Below, one piece after another: positions 63,277-64,000 of a stretch of 64,000 nucleotides of DNA. The notes beneath the pieces are model-generated. The model did not search any database, was not told the DNA's origin, and saw only the letters and a program-made list of their open reading frames with translations. Source of the stretch: Piedraia hortae CBS 480.64 (taxonomy: Eukaryota); contig MU005957.1 in assembly GCA_010093745.1 (NCBI GenBank), positions 620,001 to 684,000 of the forward strand, read 5' to 3'. How positions within the stretch are numbered: the stretch's first letter is position 1; each line of letters starts with the position of its first letter. A program made the translations under genes and the position numbers.

Positions 63277-64000
63277 ATGGGCGTCGAAGAGGTATGCGAG
63301 GCATTCGCCACCAACGATGGCGCGGCCGCAGCAGTTGCATACAGTATAATGACCGTTGCAAACATCTGCACACACCAAACGATGAAAGCTTGTACCGAAA
63401 AAGTACTCAACTATACCACCACATTCGAACGCTCCCTCACACTTGGATTATTCCTCGTAAAACTCGCCACAGAGCTACTCGTAACCGAACCACCCACTTC
63501 ACCCAACCACTATACCCACGCAGGATTAATCACCGAGCAAGACAAACTCCCCTGCCCAGAATACAGACGACTCCACCTAGTCTACATCGTCAACGACACC
63601 TTCTGTGCTGTCGAAACCCACTTACGTGCCGCCCCAGACGCCCAAAAAACCGTTCAATACGACACAACAAGGACCCTTCTCAAGCAAATCGCACCATTAC
63701 TCATAAACGTTGCCGCCCTCCAAACCACCGACGATGTCGACACCACAGACTCCCTCCGAGCAATGCTACCAATATGGCAGTCCCTCGACCTCCTCACAGC
63801 AGAACAAACCGCAACCCAAACCACCACCCTCCAAACAACAAACACCAACCACCAAACCCCTCAAACGCTAACCAAAGCAACCCTCCAAAACCTCACAATC
63901 CTCGAATCAACCCTCAAAGTAATCCACAGTAAAGCAAGCCTCACCCTCCCCCTTCGCCACAGCAACCCGCACGACCCATCCGCGCCATGGCACGCCCTCC
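63277..64000 (+). CDS. CID/RPR (Pol II CTD-interacting)-like domain protein, 3'-partial
   Basis: Open frame from ATG 63277 (or 63349) to the edge, with RRLHLVYIVND and LP..H..P.DP.APWH.L motifs. Confidence 0.6.
   Translation, partial: MGVEEVCEAFATNDGAAAAVAYSIMTVANICTHQTMKACTEKVLNYTTTFERSLTLGLFLVKLATELLVTEPPTSPNHYTHAGLITEQDKLPCPEYRRLHLVYIVNDTFCAVETHLRAAPDAQKTVQYDTTRTLLKQIAPLLINVAALQTTDDVDTTDSLRAMLPIWQSLDLLTAEQTATQTTTLQTTNTNHQTPQTLTKATLQNLTILESTLKVIHSKASLTLPLRHSNPHDPSAPWHAL

Noticed and set aside
63294..63932. 212-aa H/R/P/N-rich ORF
   Set aside because: Alternate frame of the CID-like gene, kept open by C/A-rich composition.

Overview
Fungal (filamentous ascomycete) nuclear DNA from a compact, intron-poor genome. 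Two gene-dense blocks flank a ~28 kb island of decayed, nested transposons. Block 1 (1-12.2 kb): MTP18, ATP19, PGI1, TIF35, OLE1, a DUF8035-like gene, TIM21 and two hypothetical genes. Block 2 (40.6-64 kb): NOT2, a Cue1/4-like gene, YjbQ, NDUFS6, CYK3, glycogen synthase, a small secreted Cys-rich protein, calcineurin A, an amino-acid permease pseudogene, HID1/ECM30 and a CID-domain gene. The island (12.4-39.5 kb) holds a CMC/CACTA-like element, a MULE, eight Tad1-like LINE 3' ends, a copia with LTRs, an IS630/Tc1-related transposase, a hAT, a Tc1, gypsy/copia RT fragments and one intact host gene (RpiB). The most striking observation is a ~680 bp foreign segment inside the copia RNase H. It encodes a very compact, highly divergent RNA-polymerase largest-subunit (beta'/RPB1-like) fragment, including the catalytic DFDxD loop, which suggests a viral, plasmid or selfish-element RNA polymerase captured by a retrotransposon. 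All calls are by eye from motifs; no searches were run.
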